A stretch of DNA of 64,000 nt from positions 3,604,559 through 3,668,558 of the forward strand of contig NW_003314268.1 in the NCBI RefSeq assembly GCF_000143415.4, in the 5' to 3' direction. The DNA comes from Selaginella moellendorffii (Eukaryota > Plantae > Lycopodiophyta). Position numbers and translations under genes: made by a program. The notes beneath the pieces are model-generated. The model did no database searches and had not been told where the DNA came from. It was given only the letters and a program-made list of their open reading frames with translations. This document shows positions 25,306 to 36,115 of the stretch, piece by piece (within the stretch, counting starts at the first letter, position 1; each line of letters starts with the position of its first letter).

Positions 25306-28300
25306 TTACTGACCATAGTGGACATCCATAGCTCTAAAGCTCGCGATCTTTGGTCTTCTCGGCTCGCTATACGCCATCGTCCTCCTGATCTTCCTGTCGC
25401 GCGTCTCCTCGTAAATCTTCACTTCCTCCTCCCGGAAGAGCTCGGCTCTAAACTTCTCGATCCTCTCCACGATCACGTCTGGAACGCCCTCGCGCTGCTC
25501 GATCATGTCGAGATAGTCGAGCTTCCTGGCCAGGCAGCACGAAGTCACCAGCGTGTTGTGCATTCCCAGCGTCACTTCGACGCCGACGCTCGGCAGCCAG
25601 CAGTAGAACTCGTAGGCTCCCTGGAAGTCTCCCTGCGCACACAAGGCTCCCAGGAGCTGCCGGAGTCCCTGGTTCTCTGGCCGCTTCCCATCTCTCACGA
25701 GTTCTTCCACCAGCTTTCGAGCTTGATCCGCCTTGCCTTGCCAGCAGAGTCCCACCACCAGCTTGTCATACGTGAACTTGTCTGGAACGATGCCGGTGTC
25801 GGTCATCTGCTTGAGGAAATCCTTGGCTTCGTCCACGCTGCCTCGCCGGAGGATCCCGTCCAGGAGAATGTTGCTCGATCCCACAAGCTGCTGGCAGTTT
25901 ATCCTCGACATCTCTTTGTAGAGCTCGAACGCGTCGTCCAGTCTTCCGGCTCTGGCCAGCCGCGAGAGTAGCACCTCCCAGATCTTCAAGCTCGGGACGA
26001 ATCCTTTGTCACGCATCGCGCTCAGGAGCTTGAAGGCCTCTTCCACCTGATCCGTCTTGCACAGGCTGGAGATGAGGATCTCGTACGTGAACATGTTGGG
26101 AGCTGGAACTTTGTCATTCTTTCCGGACTGCATCCTTCTGAACAGCATCCACGCGGAGCTCCAGGCGTCGTCTTTGATGAACCCGACGATCATGAAGTTG
26201 TAAGTCCAGGTGTTGAGAACGATACCATCTTTGATCATGTCTTGGAACAGGCAGTAGGCTTCATTTGTATCTCCGTTGGCGCAAAAGCCTCGGATCATGA
26301 GATTATAAGAGCACGTATCGGGTAGCCTCTTTGTCTTCATGTCCGAGAAGAGTTTTTTCGCTTCCTCAAACCTGTGCTCCTTGATCATCCGGTCGAGAAT
26401 GACGTTGCAAGAGCCTGTGCTCGGGACGAGGCCTTTGGCAACTGTGGCGTCGAAGAGCTCGCTGGGGCCTTCGCCACTCTTACGACTGTAAGGAAAGACC
26501 ACCAAGTCCAAAGTCTCTCCATCTTCCGCCACCATAACTCCTTCGTTTGTCACTGCTTCGTAGAGCTTAAGTGCCTCGTCCATCCGCTTCTTCCACACCA
26601 AAGCATAGAGCAGCTTGGTGAGTGTAGCAATCCTCGGAGCTACACCTTGATCCAGCATGAAGTACGTGAGCTCCATTGCATCTTGCAATTTAGCAGTGCT
26701 GAGCAGTCCTTCGAGCAAAGTGTTGTAAGTCACCACTGTCGGACTAATCCCCCTGCCTCTCATCTCCTGAAACATTTCCTTGGCTTCTCCGGGTCGTCTT
26801 GCCTTGCAAAGCCCGTTGATAAGTATGCTGTACGCGTAAAAGTCCGACTTGTAGAGCTCTGTCCCACACATCTGTCTGAACAGCCTGATAGCGTCGTCGA
26901 TCCCACCTTCGATGCACAGCTTGTTGAGGAAGACGTTGAAAGCAACCGGGTGTACAGCGATCTTCTTGCCCATCATCTCCGTGACGAGCTTCGCCGCTTC
27001 CACATTTCCTCCATCCATCTTGGACAAGCCTAGAACAACGAGGCTGTAAGTGTTGTCCGTCATGCAAACGTTCTTCCGGCACATATCGCTGTACACCCGA
27101 GAGGCCTCCACCAGCTTCCCTGCTCGCTGGAGCTTGTTAAACAGGACACTGTATGCAGGCTCGGTACAAGGGCAAGGACCTTCGGCCATCTTCTCAAACA
27201 CCTCGTATGCCTGCTGGAGTCTCGCAAACTTGCAAAGGTGGTCGATCAGCGTGGTGTAAGTGACGAAAGTGGGCGAGACGTCCTCCTGTTTCATCCTCTC
27301 CAGTAAGAAGACGGCCTCGTCAAGCTTCTTCCACTTGCAAAGCCCCGCGATCATCGTGTTGTACGTGACAACATCCGGTTTGCATCCTCGGCTGTTCATG
27401 CTCCTAAACAGCTCCCTCGCCTCGTGAATCTTGCGCGCTCTCCACAGCCCCGACAGCAGCACGTTGAAGTTGACAATGTCCGGCTCGCATCCTTTCGCTG
27501 GCATCTCGGCGAAAACATCCATAGCCTTGCTCACGTTTCCCGTCTTGCAAAAGCTCTGGACGATGCTGCTGTACGCGTGAGGAGTCGGAGGATGCCCGAG
27601 CTCCTCCATCTCCCTCAGGAACGCCAAGGCCTTCTCGATGTTGCGAGCTTTGCAGTAGCCATCGATGATGATGTTGTAGGAGACCACGTTGGGAGCGCAG
27701 TGCTGCGGCATTCTTTTCAAGTAGCTCTCCGCCTCGGCCAGCATCCCGGCCTTGCAGAGGCAGCTGATGAGATTGTTGTAGAGAATCGCGTTTGGAAACA
27801 ATCCAGCCTCGAGCATTCTATCCAGCTGCGAGCACCCCCTCTGAAAACTCCCACTCTTGAAGAAACCACGTATCAAGAGGCAGTGGGACTGGACGTCGGG
27901 AGAAAAACCGGCATACTTCATCTCCTCCACGATCGCTTCCGCCTGGGCGACCAGATCGGCCTCCACGAGCTTGCGGATGATGCAATTGTAAGAATGCAGC
28001 GTGCTCACGCACGAATCCTGCCTCACGGACCATCGAAAGAAGCCCACCGCCGTGTCCGGATCGTCGCAGCTCCTCACCACGTCCTCAACCAGGGACGAAT
28101 TCACCGGCTGCTTCCTGAAAATCTCCTCCAGCCTGCCCTGCCAGTCGGAAGAATCGCGCAGAACAGCGACGATGCCCGCCGCATCCACGCATTCCCGCTC
28201 CTTCTTGTCCCGGAAGAGCCCTAGAATCTTGAAGACATCCAGCGCCGGTGCCTCGCCCCCCGCATTGGCACCGGCACCGAGCTGCGAGAGATCCAAGACC

Positions 28301-28374
28301 TGCGTACCGGAGCAAAGGAATCGCCGGTAATGCCGAGCGCCAATGCTGCGAGCGCCCCTCCTCGATACCCACAT
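25306..28374 (-). CDS. P-class pentatricopeptide repeat protein
   Basis: Many 35-aa repeats (PDVVTYNTMIAGLCK...). Likely start MWVSRR just below a telo-box; the ORF is open to 28497. Confidence 0.93.
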   Translation of the reverse strand: MWVSRRGARSIGARHYRRFLCSGTQVLDLSQLGAGANAGGEAPALDVFKILGLFRDKKERECVDAAGIVAVLRDSSDWQGRLEEIFRKQPVNSSLVEDVVRSCDDPDTAVGFFRWSVRQDSCVSTLHSYNCIIRKLVEADLVAQAEAIVEEMKYAGFSPDVQSHCLLIRGFFKSGSFQRGCSQLDRMLEAGLFPNAILYNNLISCLCKAGMLAEAESYLKRMPQHCAPNVVSYNIIIDGYCKARNIEKALAFLREMEELGHPPTPHAYSSIVQSFCKTGNVSKAMDVFAEMPAKGCEPDIVNFNVLLSGLWRARKIHEARELFRSMNSRGCKPDVVTYNTMIAGLCKWKKLDEAVFLLERMKQEDVSPTFVTYTTLIDHLCKFARLQQAYEVFEKMAEGPCPCTEPAYSVLFNKLQRAGKLVEASRVYSDMCRKNVCMTDNTYSLVVLGLSKMDGGNVEAAKLVTEMMGKKIAVHPVAFNVFLNKLCIEGGIDDAIRLFRQMCGTELYKSDFYAYSILINGLCKARRPGEAKEMFQEMRGRGISPTVVTYNTLLEGLLSTAKLQDAMELTYFMLDQGVAPRIATLTKLLYALVWKKRMDEALKLYEAVTNEGVMVAEDGETLDLVVFPYSRKSGEGPSELFDATVAKGLVPSTGSCNVILDRMIKEHRFEEAKKLFSDMKTKRLPDTCSYNLMIRGFCANGDTNEAYCLFQDMIKDGIVLNTWTYNFMIVGFIKDDAWSSAWMLFRRMQSGKNDKVPAPNMFTYEILISSLCKTDQVEEAFKLLSAMRDKGFVPSLKIWEVLLSRLARAGRLDDAFELYKEMSRINCQQLVGSSNILLDGILRRGSVDEAKDFLKQMTDTGIVPDKFTYDKLVVGLCWQGKADQARKLVEELVRDGKRPENQGLRQLLGALCAQGDFQGAYEFYCWLPSVGVEVTLGMHNTLVTSCCLARKLDYLDMIEQREGVPDVIVERIEKFRAELFREEEVKIYEETRDRKIRRTMAYSEPRRPKIASFRAMDVHYGQ

Positions 28375-28765
28375 GAACCCTAATGTGGGTTTATTAGAAT
28401 ATATCGCTAACGGTTCAAGCATATTCTGTCCCCAGCATATTCTGCCAGGCGAGCATGCCAGACGGTATATTCCTCCGGTTGGCGGGGAATATACCACGTG
28501 TTTTAGTTTTGAGAGAATGGCTCTTCCACTCCGGCGGCGGCTCCCCTTGGCGCAGTCTTAGTTGAATTCCAGCTCCAGGGAATTCCCGGCGATCCTCCCG
28601 GATGCCTGGAAGCAGCGCTGCCTAGTTCGTGCCCGGCGCCTGGCGAGCGCGTCCTCGTCCTCGTCCTCGTCGGTCGTCATCGCCCTCGCCAAATCGAAAT
28701 CCGGGGCAGCAATGCAGCGGGGGAGAGGGATTAGCTAGCGGGAAGCTGTGACATCGCAGCGCTGG

Positions 28766-29593
28766 ATGGATCGCCCGGTTCCCGGGGGCGGCAAGGGCAG
28801 CAGGGAGAGGAAGGGTTGGGAGGTGGGCGAGAGCAGCGGCGCCAGGCACCACGTCCCGGCGCCGCTGCCCTCATTCAACCGATGGAGCGGAGTGGCGGTG
28901 CCCCTGCCCGAGCCGCGCACGCCACGGACCAGCCGCAACTCGGAGAAAAGGCGCCTCCAAAAGCTCTATAGGCTGGAGAAACAGGCAGCTACCTTGAATG
29001 TAAGTGTTCTCAGCTTTCCTTGGCTTTGGATGGATGATCTTCTCCCTCAAATCGATCTCTGTGAAGTTCTTTTCATCTTTTCGTCTCTGGAGTTCTCGAT
29101 CTCTTTGCATTTGAAATCCTCCACTTCTATGGAGATTTAGTCTCTCTCTTTCGCTCCCTCCTCGTTTTCTTTTTTTTTTTTTATCAATGTCTCGTGTGTT
29201 CTTGGTTGACTGGCTAGCTTAGCTGCATTCCTCCTTCCTCGTTTGTGGATCTTGGAACTTTCGATTCACTTTTCTCCTCCATGGACGTCAGGAGGAAATT
29301 AGCCAAGCCAAGCAGGCACCCAGGGTCTCCATCACTTGCAAAGAGTACGTATTCATCGAGAGATCTCTACGAATTTCGTTGACAATGGAACTGTTTTTTA
29401 AACTCAAGAGTCGCGGAGTTCATTGAGAGCCGGGGCCGGGAAGATCCTTTCGTCACAAATCAGTAAGCTTCTCACTTTCTTTGTTTTTCACAACCCCATC
29501 TCCATCCGCAGCAATTCCAGGCCGTCCTGGAATCGATGGCTCGGGTCGCCGGCAGGAAGACGAAGATTTTCTTGGGGCTGGTGCTTCTCCTAG
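28766..29593 (+). CDS. Heterotrimeric G-protein gamma subunit; exons 28766-28999, 29292-29344, 29409-29462, 29512-29593
   Basis: Spliced product ...KRRLQKLYRLEKQAATLNEEISQAKQAPRVSITCKEVAEFIESRGREDPFVTNHNSRPSWNRWLGSPAGRRRFSWGWCFS*. Coiled coil, DP motif and WxRW are typical of plant Ggamma. All junctions GT-AG. Confidence 0.82.
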
Positions 29594-30067
29594 GCCTCAC
29601 CAAAGAAGAGTAGAGAATTCCTTTCCCGTGACACACAAAACAGAAGAAATTTTCTTGCTTGAACCCACATGCTTTTTTGTGTTTTTTTTTTTTTTTTTGT
29701 AGTTTTCTGGAACACAGAAGAAATTTTCTTGCTTGAACCCCCACTTTTTTTCTTTTTTTCTTTTTTTGTAGTTTTCTGGAGCGTAGGTTGAGTTTGAACA
29801 TTGAAAGTCAAGGAACGTGCGTGTTGGCTTTTCGTTCCATTTATCGCGGAATTTTTTCCCATTGTTAAGCTAAACAAAAAAATGGACATATTCTTAGAAT
29901 ATCTCAGCATGTGAAACACATTTTCTACTCATTATATACTCATACATTTCATGACCATGTCAAATGTATGTACAAGCATAGTAATGGCGGCCTGACACTA
30001 ATCTTTCTGTATATCGAGTGTATTTCACTTTTAAATATATTGTTTATAGATTCTTGCGTGGACAAAG

Positions 30068-32251
30068 TCACAACCTAACAGCCTTAAACATGTTAGACAA
30101 GAGAACATAAGGGGCAGCACTTTTCAGATCTAGATCAAGCCCAGATCTTTGTCTACCTGGGAACAGAGATTTTTCGGGATTTTTACTAAGCTGCCTGTTA
30201 AAGTTAGCAAAAGAGCTAAGTAAGCAGTTCCAATCTCTTGAGTCTGGCAAAAAAGGCATATGCAAGATGAGGTCTTCTGCGTGAACAAGATACCCTCCTC
30301 GTGCAAGTAGATCCACAATGCAACCGTAAAGAACCTTTGACGGATCCATGCTACCGTAATCAACAATAAAAGATCTGAAAAAATTAATACCCACATGAGC
30401 ATCACCCCCGTGGCTGCAAGCAACCAAAACCAAAACAAACGAGCTCTCATCAGGTTTAATTCCTTGAGATATCATCTCCTTGAAAATATCCAGAACAAGT
30501 TGGTAATGTCCACAGTGGGCATACATTGCTAGCATGGTGTTCCAAGTCACTAGATTTCTAATCACCATCCGCTTGAAAACAACACTTGCCGTCTCCAAAT
30601 GACCGTTTTGGGCATATGCAGTTAGCATAGAGTTCCAAGTCACCAGATTTTTATCCGGTATACCATAGAATATGCGCTTCGCATCCTCCAGATACCGGTT
30701 TTGGGAATATGCATCCAGCAGGGAGATGCAAGAGACAAGATTTTGGTCGTGCATGCCATCAAAGAGAATCTTGGCCTCCTCAAGATACCCATTCTGGGCA
30801 TATGCCGCAAGCATGGCATTCCACGTCACAGAATCTCTGCCGGGCATCGTGTCAAATATTTCTTTGGCCTCCTCCACTTGTCCACTTTGTGCATATCCAG
30901 TCAGCATAGTGTTCCACGAGAAAACATCCCACACAGCCATGTTTTGTGACAAAAACCTCTTTGCCCCCGCCAAATCTCCATTTGAGGCATGCGCACTAAG
31001 CATTGCATTACACAAAACCAAATTACACTGTTGTATCCTAGAAAACAGTCGCAAAGATTCATCCAGATTCCCAGCCTGGGCATATGCCGATATTATAGCT
31101 GTCCACGAGAACAAGTCTCTCTCGGCCAAGGCATCGAACATTCTCTTCACCGAGGCCGTGTCACCAATTTGCGCATACGCCGCGAGCATTGCATTGTGTG
31201 CCACAAGATTCCACTCGGGCATCCGATCAAACAGGAGCTTCGATTCCTCAAAGCAATCCCACTGCATGTAAGCCGAGAGCATCGCAGTCCACGAGACAAT
31301 GTTACGCTTTGGCATCTGATCAAAGAGCGCTCTGGCCATCTCCAAATTCCCATTCTGCGCGTAAGCCACAAACACGGTGTTCCACAAAACCACGTCCTTC
31401 TCTCTCTCGTCAACCTTGCGAAACATCCGATTGAGCTGCTCTAGCTCACCGTGCCTGGAATATGCCGCCATTATCGCAGTCCAGGAGATAAGATTCCACT
31501 CCGGGATGCCATTAAACACCTCCTGGGCCCTCTCCAGATGCCCGGCCTGGGCATGCACGGCCAGCAACGTCGTCCACGTCATCAGGTTGACCATGGGCAT
31601 TGATTTGACCACGCGGTCGCACTCCTCCGTACGCTCCACCCTCGCGTACGCCTGCAGCAGCCCGTTCCACGACGCCAGGTCGTTGTACGGCATGGAGTCA
31701 AAAACGTCCCTTGCAGCGTCCACATGCCCGTTCTGGGCATACGTCGCCAGCATGGCATTCCACGTCACAATGTCCCTGTACGGCATCCGGTCAAACATGT
31801 CCTTTGCGCCGTCAATGTGTCCGTTCTGCGCAAATCCAGTCAACATGGCAGTCCACGCGACCAATCCCCTGTCCGGCATCTGGTCAAACAGACTCTTGGC
31901 CTGGGCAACATGCCCGGTCTGGGCATATGCGGTGAGCATGGAAGTCCACGCCACCTGGTCCCGCCACTGCATGGTATTAAAGAGCCGCTCAGCGTCCCTG
32001 ACGTAGCTGTGCCGGGCATAAGCTGTGAGCATGAAGTTCCAGGAGTAGCGATCCTTCTCCTGGATGCCATCGAAGATCTCTTTCGCGTGGTGGATGCTTC
32101 CACACCGGCTGTACATTTGGATGAGGAGATTCGAGAGGTAAGCGGGCAGTGGATCCGAATAGACGAGCCGAGTGGACCGCTCCACATCTCGTGCGTCGGA
32201 CAGTGCGTTGCAGGACTTGATAAGCTCGACGCTCTTGTGGAAGTCACCCAT
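30068..32251 (-). CDS. PLS-class PPR (long 31-aa SS array, E domain, no DYW) - PLS1
   Basis: Repeats of the DLVxWNAMLxAYAQNGH type; ACSHGG...YGCIVDLLARGG...PYVLLSNM. Start placed at MGDFHK by alignment with paralogues. Confidence 0.9.
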   Translation of the reverse strand: MGDFHKSVELIKSCNALSDARDVERSTRLVYSDPLPAYLSNLLIQMYSRCGSIHHAKEIFDGIQEKDRYSWNFMLTAYARHSYVRDAERLFNTMQWRDQVAWTSMLTAYAQTGHVAQAKSLFDQMPDRGLVAWTAMLTGFAQNGHIDGAKDMFDRMPYRDIVTWNAMLATYAQNGHVDAARDVFDSMPYNDLASWNGLLQAYARVERTEECDRVVKSMPMVNLMTWTTLLAVHAQAGHLERAQEVFNGIPEWNLISWTAIMAAYSRHGELEQLNRMFRKVDEREKDVVLWNTVFVAYAQNGNLEMARALFDQMPKRNIVSWTAMLSAYMQWDCFEESKLLFDRMPEWNLVAHNAMLAAYAQIGDTASVKRMFDALAERDLFSWTAIISAYAQAGNLDESLRLFSRIQQCNLVLCNAMLSAHASNGDLAGAKRFLSQNMAVWDVFSWNTMLTGYAQSGQVEEAKEIFDTMPGRDSVTWNAMLAAYAQNGYLEEAKILFDGMHDQNLVSCISLLDAYSQNRYLEDAKRIFYGIPDKNLVTWNSMLTAYAQNGHLETASVVFKRMVIRNLVTWNTMLAMYAHCGHYQLVLDIFKEMISQGIKPDESSFVLVLVACSHGGDAHVGINFFRSFIVDYGSMDPSKVLYGCIVDLLARGGYLVHAEDLILHMPFLPDSRDWNCLLSSFANFNRQLSKNPEKSLFPGRQRSGLDLDLKSAAPYVLLSNMFKAVRL

Positions 32252-32301
32252 GAGACATATCTTCCTTCTAAGTTCTTCCTCGTAGAACTCCTTCGTAGAA
32301 A

Positions 32302-33194
32302 CTAGTTGTCTCGCCAGAAATCGTCGTAGTGCTCGATCAGTGGCACGCCTCTTTTCTTCTGGAGCTTGATGTAGTCCGCGAGATCGTTGGTCACGCGCTG
32401 GGCGAATTCCTCCTGCTCGGCGGCCTGGAGCTTCTTGATGAGGCCCCGGTAGACGAGGTGATGGAGGTGCAAGCCTGGAGTTTTGAGCATCCGGTTGTAG
32501 AACCTCTCCAGGTTTTGGAAGTCGAAGAGATCGAAGCACGCGCTCATCACCGGGACGAACATATGCCGGTTGGGATGCATCTCGTTGGCGTCCATCTCGT
32601 CCATGGTCGTCCACAGCTCGTCAAATCTTCGTAGATTGGTGAGGATGAGGATAAGTTCGCGGTAGAGGTAGCTGTTTGGCTCGTACCACGACTCCTTCTC
32701 GATGATCCGGAAGACCTGGAGACGCAAACCGTGAGGAAGAGCTCCCGGAGGACGAAGTTTTACCTTCAAAGCTATTTCTTCTTCTCGGTGCTTGCGAAGG
32801 ATGGTGAGGACACACAGCATGTCTTTCTTGAGCATCCTCGGCGCGTTTGTTTCTAGATACGAGTCCACCTTGTCTGGATCGTTCTTGCGATGCCTGAGAG
32901 CCGTCACGGTCTGCATTGCTTCTTGGGTGAACTCCCGGAGACGCAGGAACTCCTTGGGGATCTTCTCGGGTCGAAACACCTTCGACTTGGAAGGCCTTGG
33001 ATCTGGAGTGTCGGCCCAAAAGAATCCAACGTTCTTCTCCCTCGATCCTAGGAGAGGAGCTGCCCGGTGGAAAAGACGTATCTTTTGGAGCTGTGCTTCG
33101 AGAGCTCTCCGGGCGAGCGACCCACATCCTGCATTTGGATATCAGCTTTCACTCCAACAAAAAGAGATGAGCACGCACCTCTCCCAGAAATCAT
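32302..33194 (-). CDS. THA8-like small PPR protein B
   Basis: MISGR|GCGSLARR presequence (short intron), EAMQTVTALRH...RMLKKDMLCVL...IALK|VFRIIEKESWYEPN, matching the THA8/THA8L signature. Confidence 0.8.
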
Positions 33195-33204
33195 CTGAAG
33201 AACC

Positions 33205-33998
33205 CTAAACCTTGTGCCTGGCTTCGAGGTCCTTGAGAAGAATCTCGGCTCGCTCGAGCTCCCCGGCGCTGGTGAGCTTGGCGATGAGAAACGCGTAGAA
33301 ATTCGGGCAAACCTTACACCCGATTGCCTTGATCGCCTCGTAGATCTCCATGCACTTGGCAAAGTTCGCCAGGCTTGCAAACTTCCTCACTGGAAAAACG
33401 AGCATCTCCTCCGAAGGCTCGAGCTTCTCGTCGTGTAAGTTCTTGAGCAGCCTCTTCCAGTCTTCGATCCTGTCGTGTTTGATCACGAACTCCATGATCG
33501 ATTGAAAGAGCTGCGCGCTTGGTTTGTACCACATCTCTTCTCGTATGACATCGAATATCTGGAAGAAGAAGGAAGAAAGAGAGCGTCCAGAAGAACTAGA
33601 GAAGAAAGAAAAGATGAGCTCACCTCGAGAACTCTATCGACTTGGTCCTGGTCTTTGAGTGTGAGAAGAACGATCAAGTAATCGTAGCGCATCATTCTGG
33701 CAGAGCGATCCTTGAGCAGCCGCTCCACGTCCTTCTTGCCCCTGGCCGCTCGCTTGATCTCGGTCACCAGCGCCAGAGCTTCCTTGCTGGGAAACATTCT
33801 CTTCCCCTCCGGCCTCCAGTCGATCTCTCTAGCGCTCAGAAGCTCCGACGACACGGCATGGCGACTCTTGACGAAGCTCCTCGTCTGGGCCGCAATCCTC
33901 GAAAATCCCAGCGCGCCTGTGCCACAACATCTAGATCCAATGACATGATCCATGTTCTAGCAGGAAATCTTACGCTTCGCAACGCGTGCTTGCGCCAT
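33205..33998 (-). CDS. THA8-like small PPR protein A
   Basis: MAQARVAK|RALGFSR, SKEALALVTEIKR...RMMRYDYLIVL...VLE|IFDVIREEMWYKPS. Start inferred via a GTAAG...CAG intron; alternative ATG at 33953. Confidence 0.82.
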
Positions 33999-34048
33999 CG
34001 CCTCCAGCTCGATCTCAGTCCCTGCGCGGGTACCCTAGAACAAGAAGG

Positions 34049-36115
34049 ATGAATGTGGCCGAGGTAATCAAATCTTGCCCCAATCTCTCCCAAGCCAAAG
34101 AGATTCACGATTCCATCCCATGCCCACCTTCCATCCCGATCGCCGAGCTCCTCATCCAAATGTATGGCAGGCTTGGCAATGTCGCCATGGCGGCACAGAT
34201 CTTCGATTCCATGCCGTCCAAGACCGTCCTCTCCTGGAACTCCATGATCACGGCCTATTCCCAGAACAACGATATTCGCACCGCGAAGAGATTCTTCGAC
34301 GAAATGCCCGATCGAAGCCTAGTTTCCTGGACCGCAATGCTCAGTGGCTTCCTCGACCATGGCCGGATCACCGACGGCAAAGAGCTATTCGATCGAATGC
34401 CCTGCCGAGACGTATTCACCTGGAATGTCCTCTTAAATTCATATGCCCGGTTAGGGCATCTTGATCTTGCAAAGCATCTTTTTCTTTCAATGCCAGAGAA
34501 AGATGTGATTGCTTGGAACTGTTTGATAGCCCTTTTGGCACGAACACATCGTCTTAAAGAGGCCAGTGAGTTATTCCAAAAGATGCCCCATAGGTCAGCT
34601 CAATCCTGGAATATTCTCCTTGCAGCATATGCCCAGGCAGGGCATATGCTTGAGGCCCGGCATTTGTTTGACGAGATCCCACAAAGGGATCTCATTGCAT
34701 GGACGGCGCTGCTAGCAGCATATTCCCAGAACGGGCATCTTAAAGCGTCAATGGAGATTTTCCACGCGATGCCAATGAGGAATCTCGTGTCCTGGAACGC
34801 CTTTCTCTCGGCTTTCTCACAAGTCGGAGATGTTGAGAGCTCCAAACGAGTGTTCTTTGCAATGCCCGAGTGGAATGTGGTGTCGTGGACGTCGATGTGC
34901 CAGGTTTACATCCACTCGGAGAATCTCGATCGAGCGAGGAAGTTCTTCTTTGAGACGATGCCGGTGAAGAACAGAGTCTCGTGGAACCTGATGCTCACTG
35001 CGTATGCCGAGAGGGCGGATGTCGTCCAAGCGAAGATGGTGTTCGATTCCATGCCAGAGCACGACCTCGTCTCCCTCTCCGCGATGCTGGCTGCTCTGAT
35101 TCAGGCTGGAAACCTGGACCACGCAAAAATATTCTTCAAAACGCTGCCAGCAAGAGGAATCGTCGCGTGCAACTCCATGCTTGCTGCATATATCCAAAGC
35201 GGTCATCTGGAAGAAGCGAAGGAGCTCTTCTTCCGTGGAATGCTCGAGAGGAGCTTGGTTTCCTGGACGACACTTCTCTCCGGCTTTGCAGACAAAGCGA
35301 ATGGAAGTCTTGATCGAGCGAAGGTTTTGTTTGATGAGATGCCCGACCGGGACTTAGTCGCGTTGACTACCATGCTCGCGGCTTACGCATCTCGCAGCCA
35401 CCTTGAAGAAGCCAAATCCATCTTTGATGCTTTGCCAAAGCATGATCTCGTCGCATGGAACGCCATGCTCGCGGCTTACTCCCGAAACGATTGCCTCGAC
35501 GAAGCGGCCAACTTCTTCCATGAAATGCCCGAACGCGATCTTGTCTCTTGGAATTCTATCTTGGAGGCTTACGCGGCGGCTGGTCACGACCGTCTTGCAA
35601 TGAAAACGTTTGAGACAATGCCGGGGAAAGATCTCTTTTCTTGGAGCACCATTCTAGCAATGCACGTCCGGAGCTTGGAACTTGAACTCGTGGCCGAGCT
35701 CTACACTTCCCTGAAGATCGAAGGAATCACTCCGGACGAGATCGCTTTTGTGTGTCTCATCTTTAGTTGCAGCCACGCTGGAGATTTGGACAGAGGTGTG
35801 CACCACTTTAAGTCGATTGCCTTGGATCATGGCGTGGAGCCGAGCAAGCGAGAGTATGGCTGCTTGCTTGATCTTCTTGCCCGAGCTGGGCATTTGCGGG
35901 ATGCTTTCGATCTCGTCGCCAACATGCCGTTTGAGCCGGATGTGGAGGATTGGAAGAGTTTCCTTGCATCTTGCAAGAGTCTCGATGATCTCAAAACAGC
36001 GTCCACTGCATCCAAATCATCGCTGGAGCTGGACTCACGCAGCTCTGTGCCTTATGTGTTGTTGACAAACCTTTGCACTCCAACTTCCGAGCAAAACGTT
36101 GGTTTCAGAATGTAA
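34049..36115 (+). CDS. PLS-class PPR (SS array, E domain, no DYW) - PLS2
   Basis: About 17 31-aa repeats; SCSHAG...YGCLLDLLARAGHL...PYVLLTNL. Confidence 0.92.
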   Translation: MNVAEVIKSCPNLSQAKEIHDSIPCPPSIPIAELLIQMYGRLGNVAMAAQIFDSMPSKTVLSWNSMITAYSQNNDIRTAKRFFDEMPDRSLVSWTAMLSGFLDHGRITDGKELFDRMPCRDVFTWNVLLNSYARLGHLDLAKHLFLSMPEKDVIAWNCLIALLARTHRLKEASELFQKMPHRSAQSWNILLAAYAQAGHMLEARHLFDEIPQRDLIAWTALLAAYSQNGHLKASMEIFHAMPMRNLVSWNAFLSAFSQVGDVESSKRVFFAMPEWNVVSWTSMCQVYIHSENLDRARKFFFETMPVKNRVSWNLMLTAYAERADVVQAKMVFDSMPEHDLVSLSAMLAALIQAGNLDHAKIFFKTLPARGIVACNSMLAAYIQSGHLEEAKELFFRGMLERSLVSWTTLLSGFADKANGSLDRAKVLFDEMPDRDLVALTTMLAAYASRSHLEEAKSIFDALPKHDLVAWNAMLAAYSRNDCLDEAANFFHEMPERDLVSWNSILEAYAAAGHDRLAMKTFETMPGKDLFSWSTILAMHVRSLELELVAELYTSLKIEGITPDEIAFVCLIFSCSHAGDLDRGVHHFKSIALDHGVEPSKREYGCLLDLLARAGHLRDAFDLVANMPFEPDVEDWKSFLASCKSLDDLKTASTASKSSLELDSRSSVPYVLLTNLCTPTSEQNVGFRM

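Noticed and set aside
29632-29782. Tandem repeat of about 75 bp with poly-T downstream of the Ggamma gene
   Set aside because: Ordinary local duplication in a 3' flank, with no supportable function.
32252-32614. N-terminal extension of ORF 30068..32614 suggesting a THA8L-PLS fusion
   Set aside because: It is the alternative frame of GC-rich THA8L-B coding sequence. No convincing splice acceptor or slippery site was found, and the analogous C/PLS4 pair has an in-frame stop.
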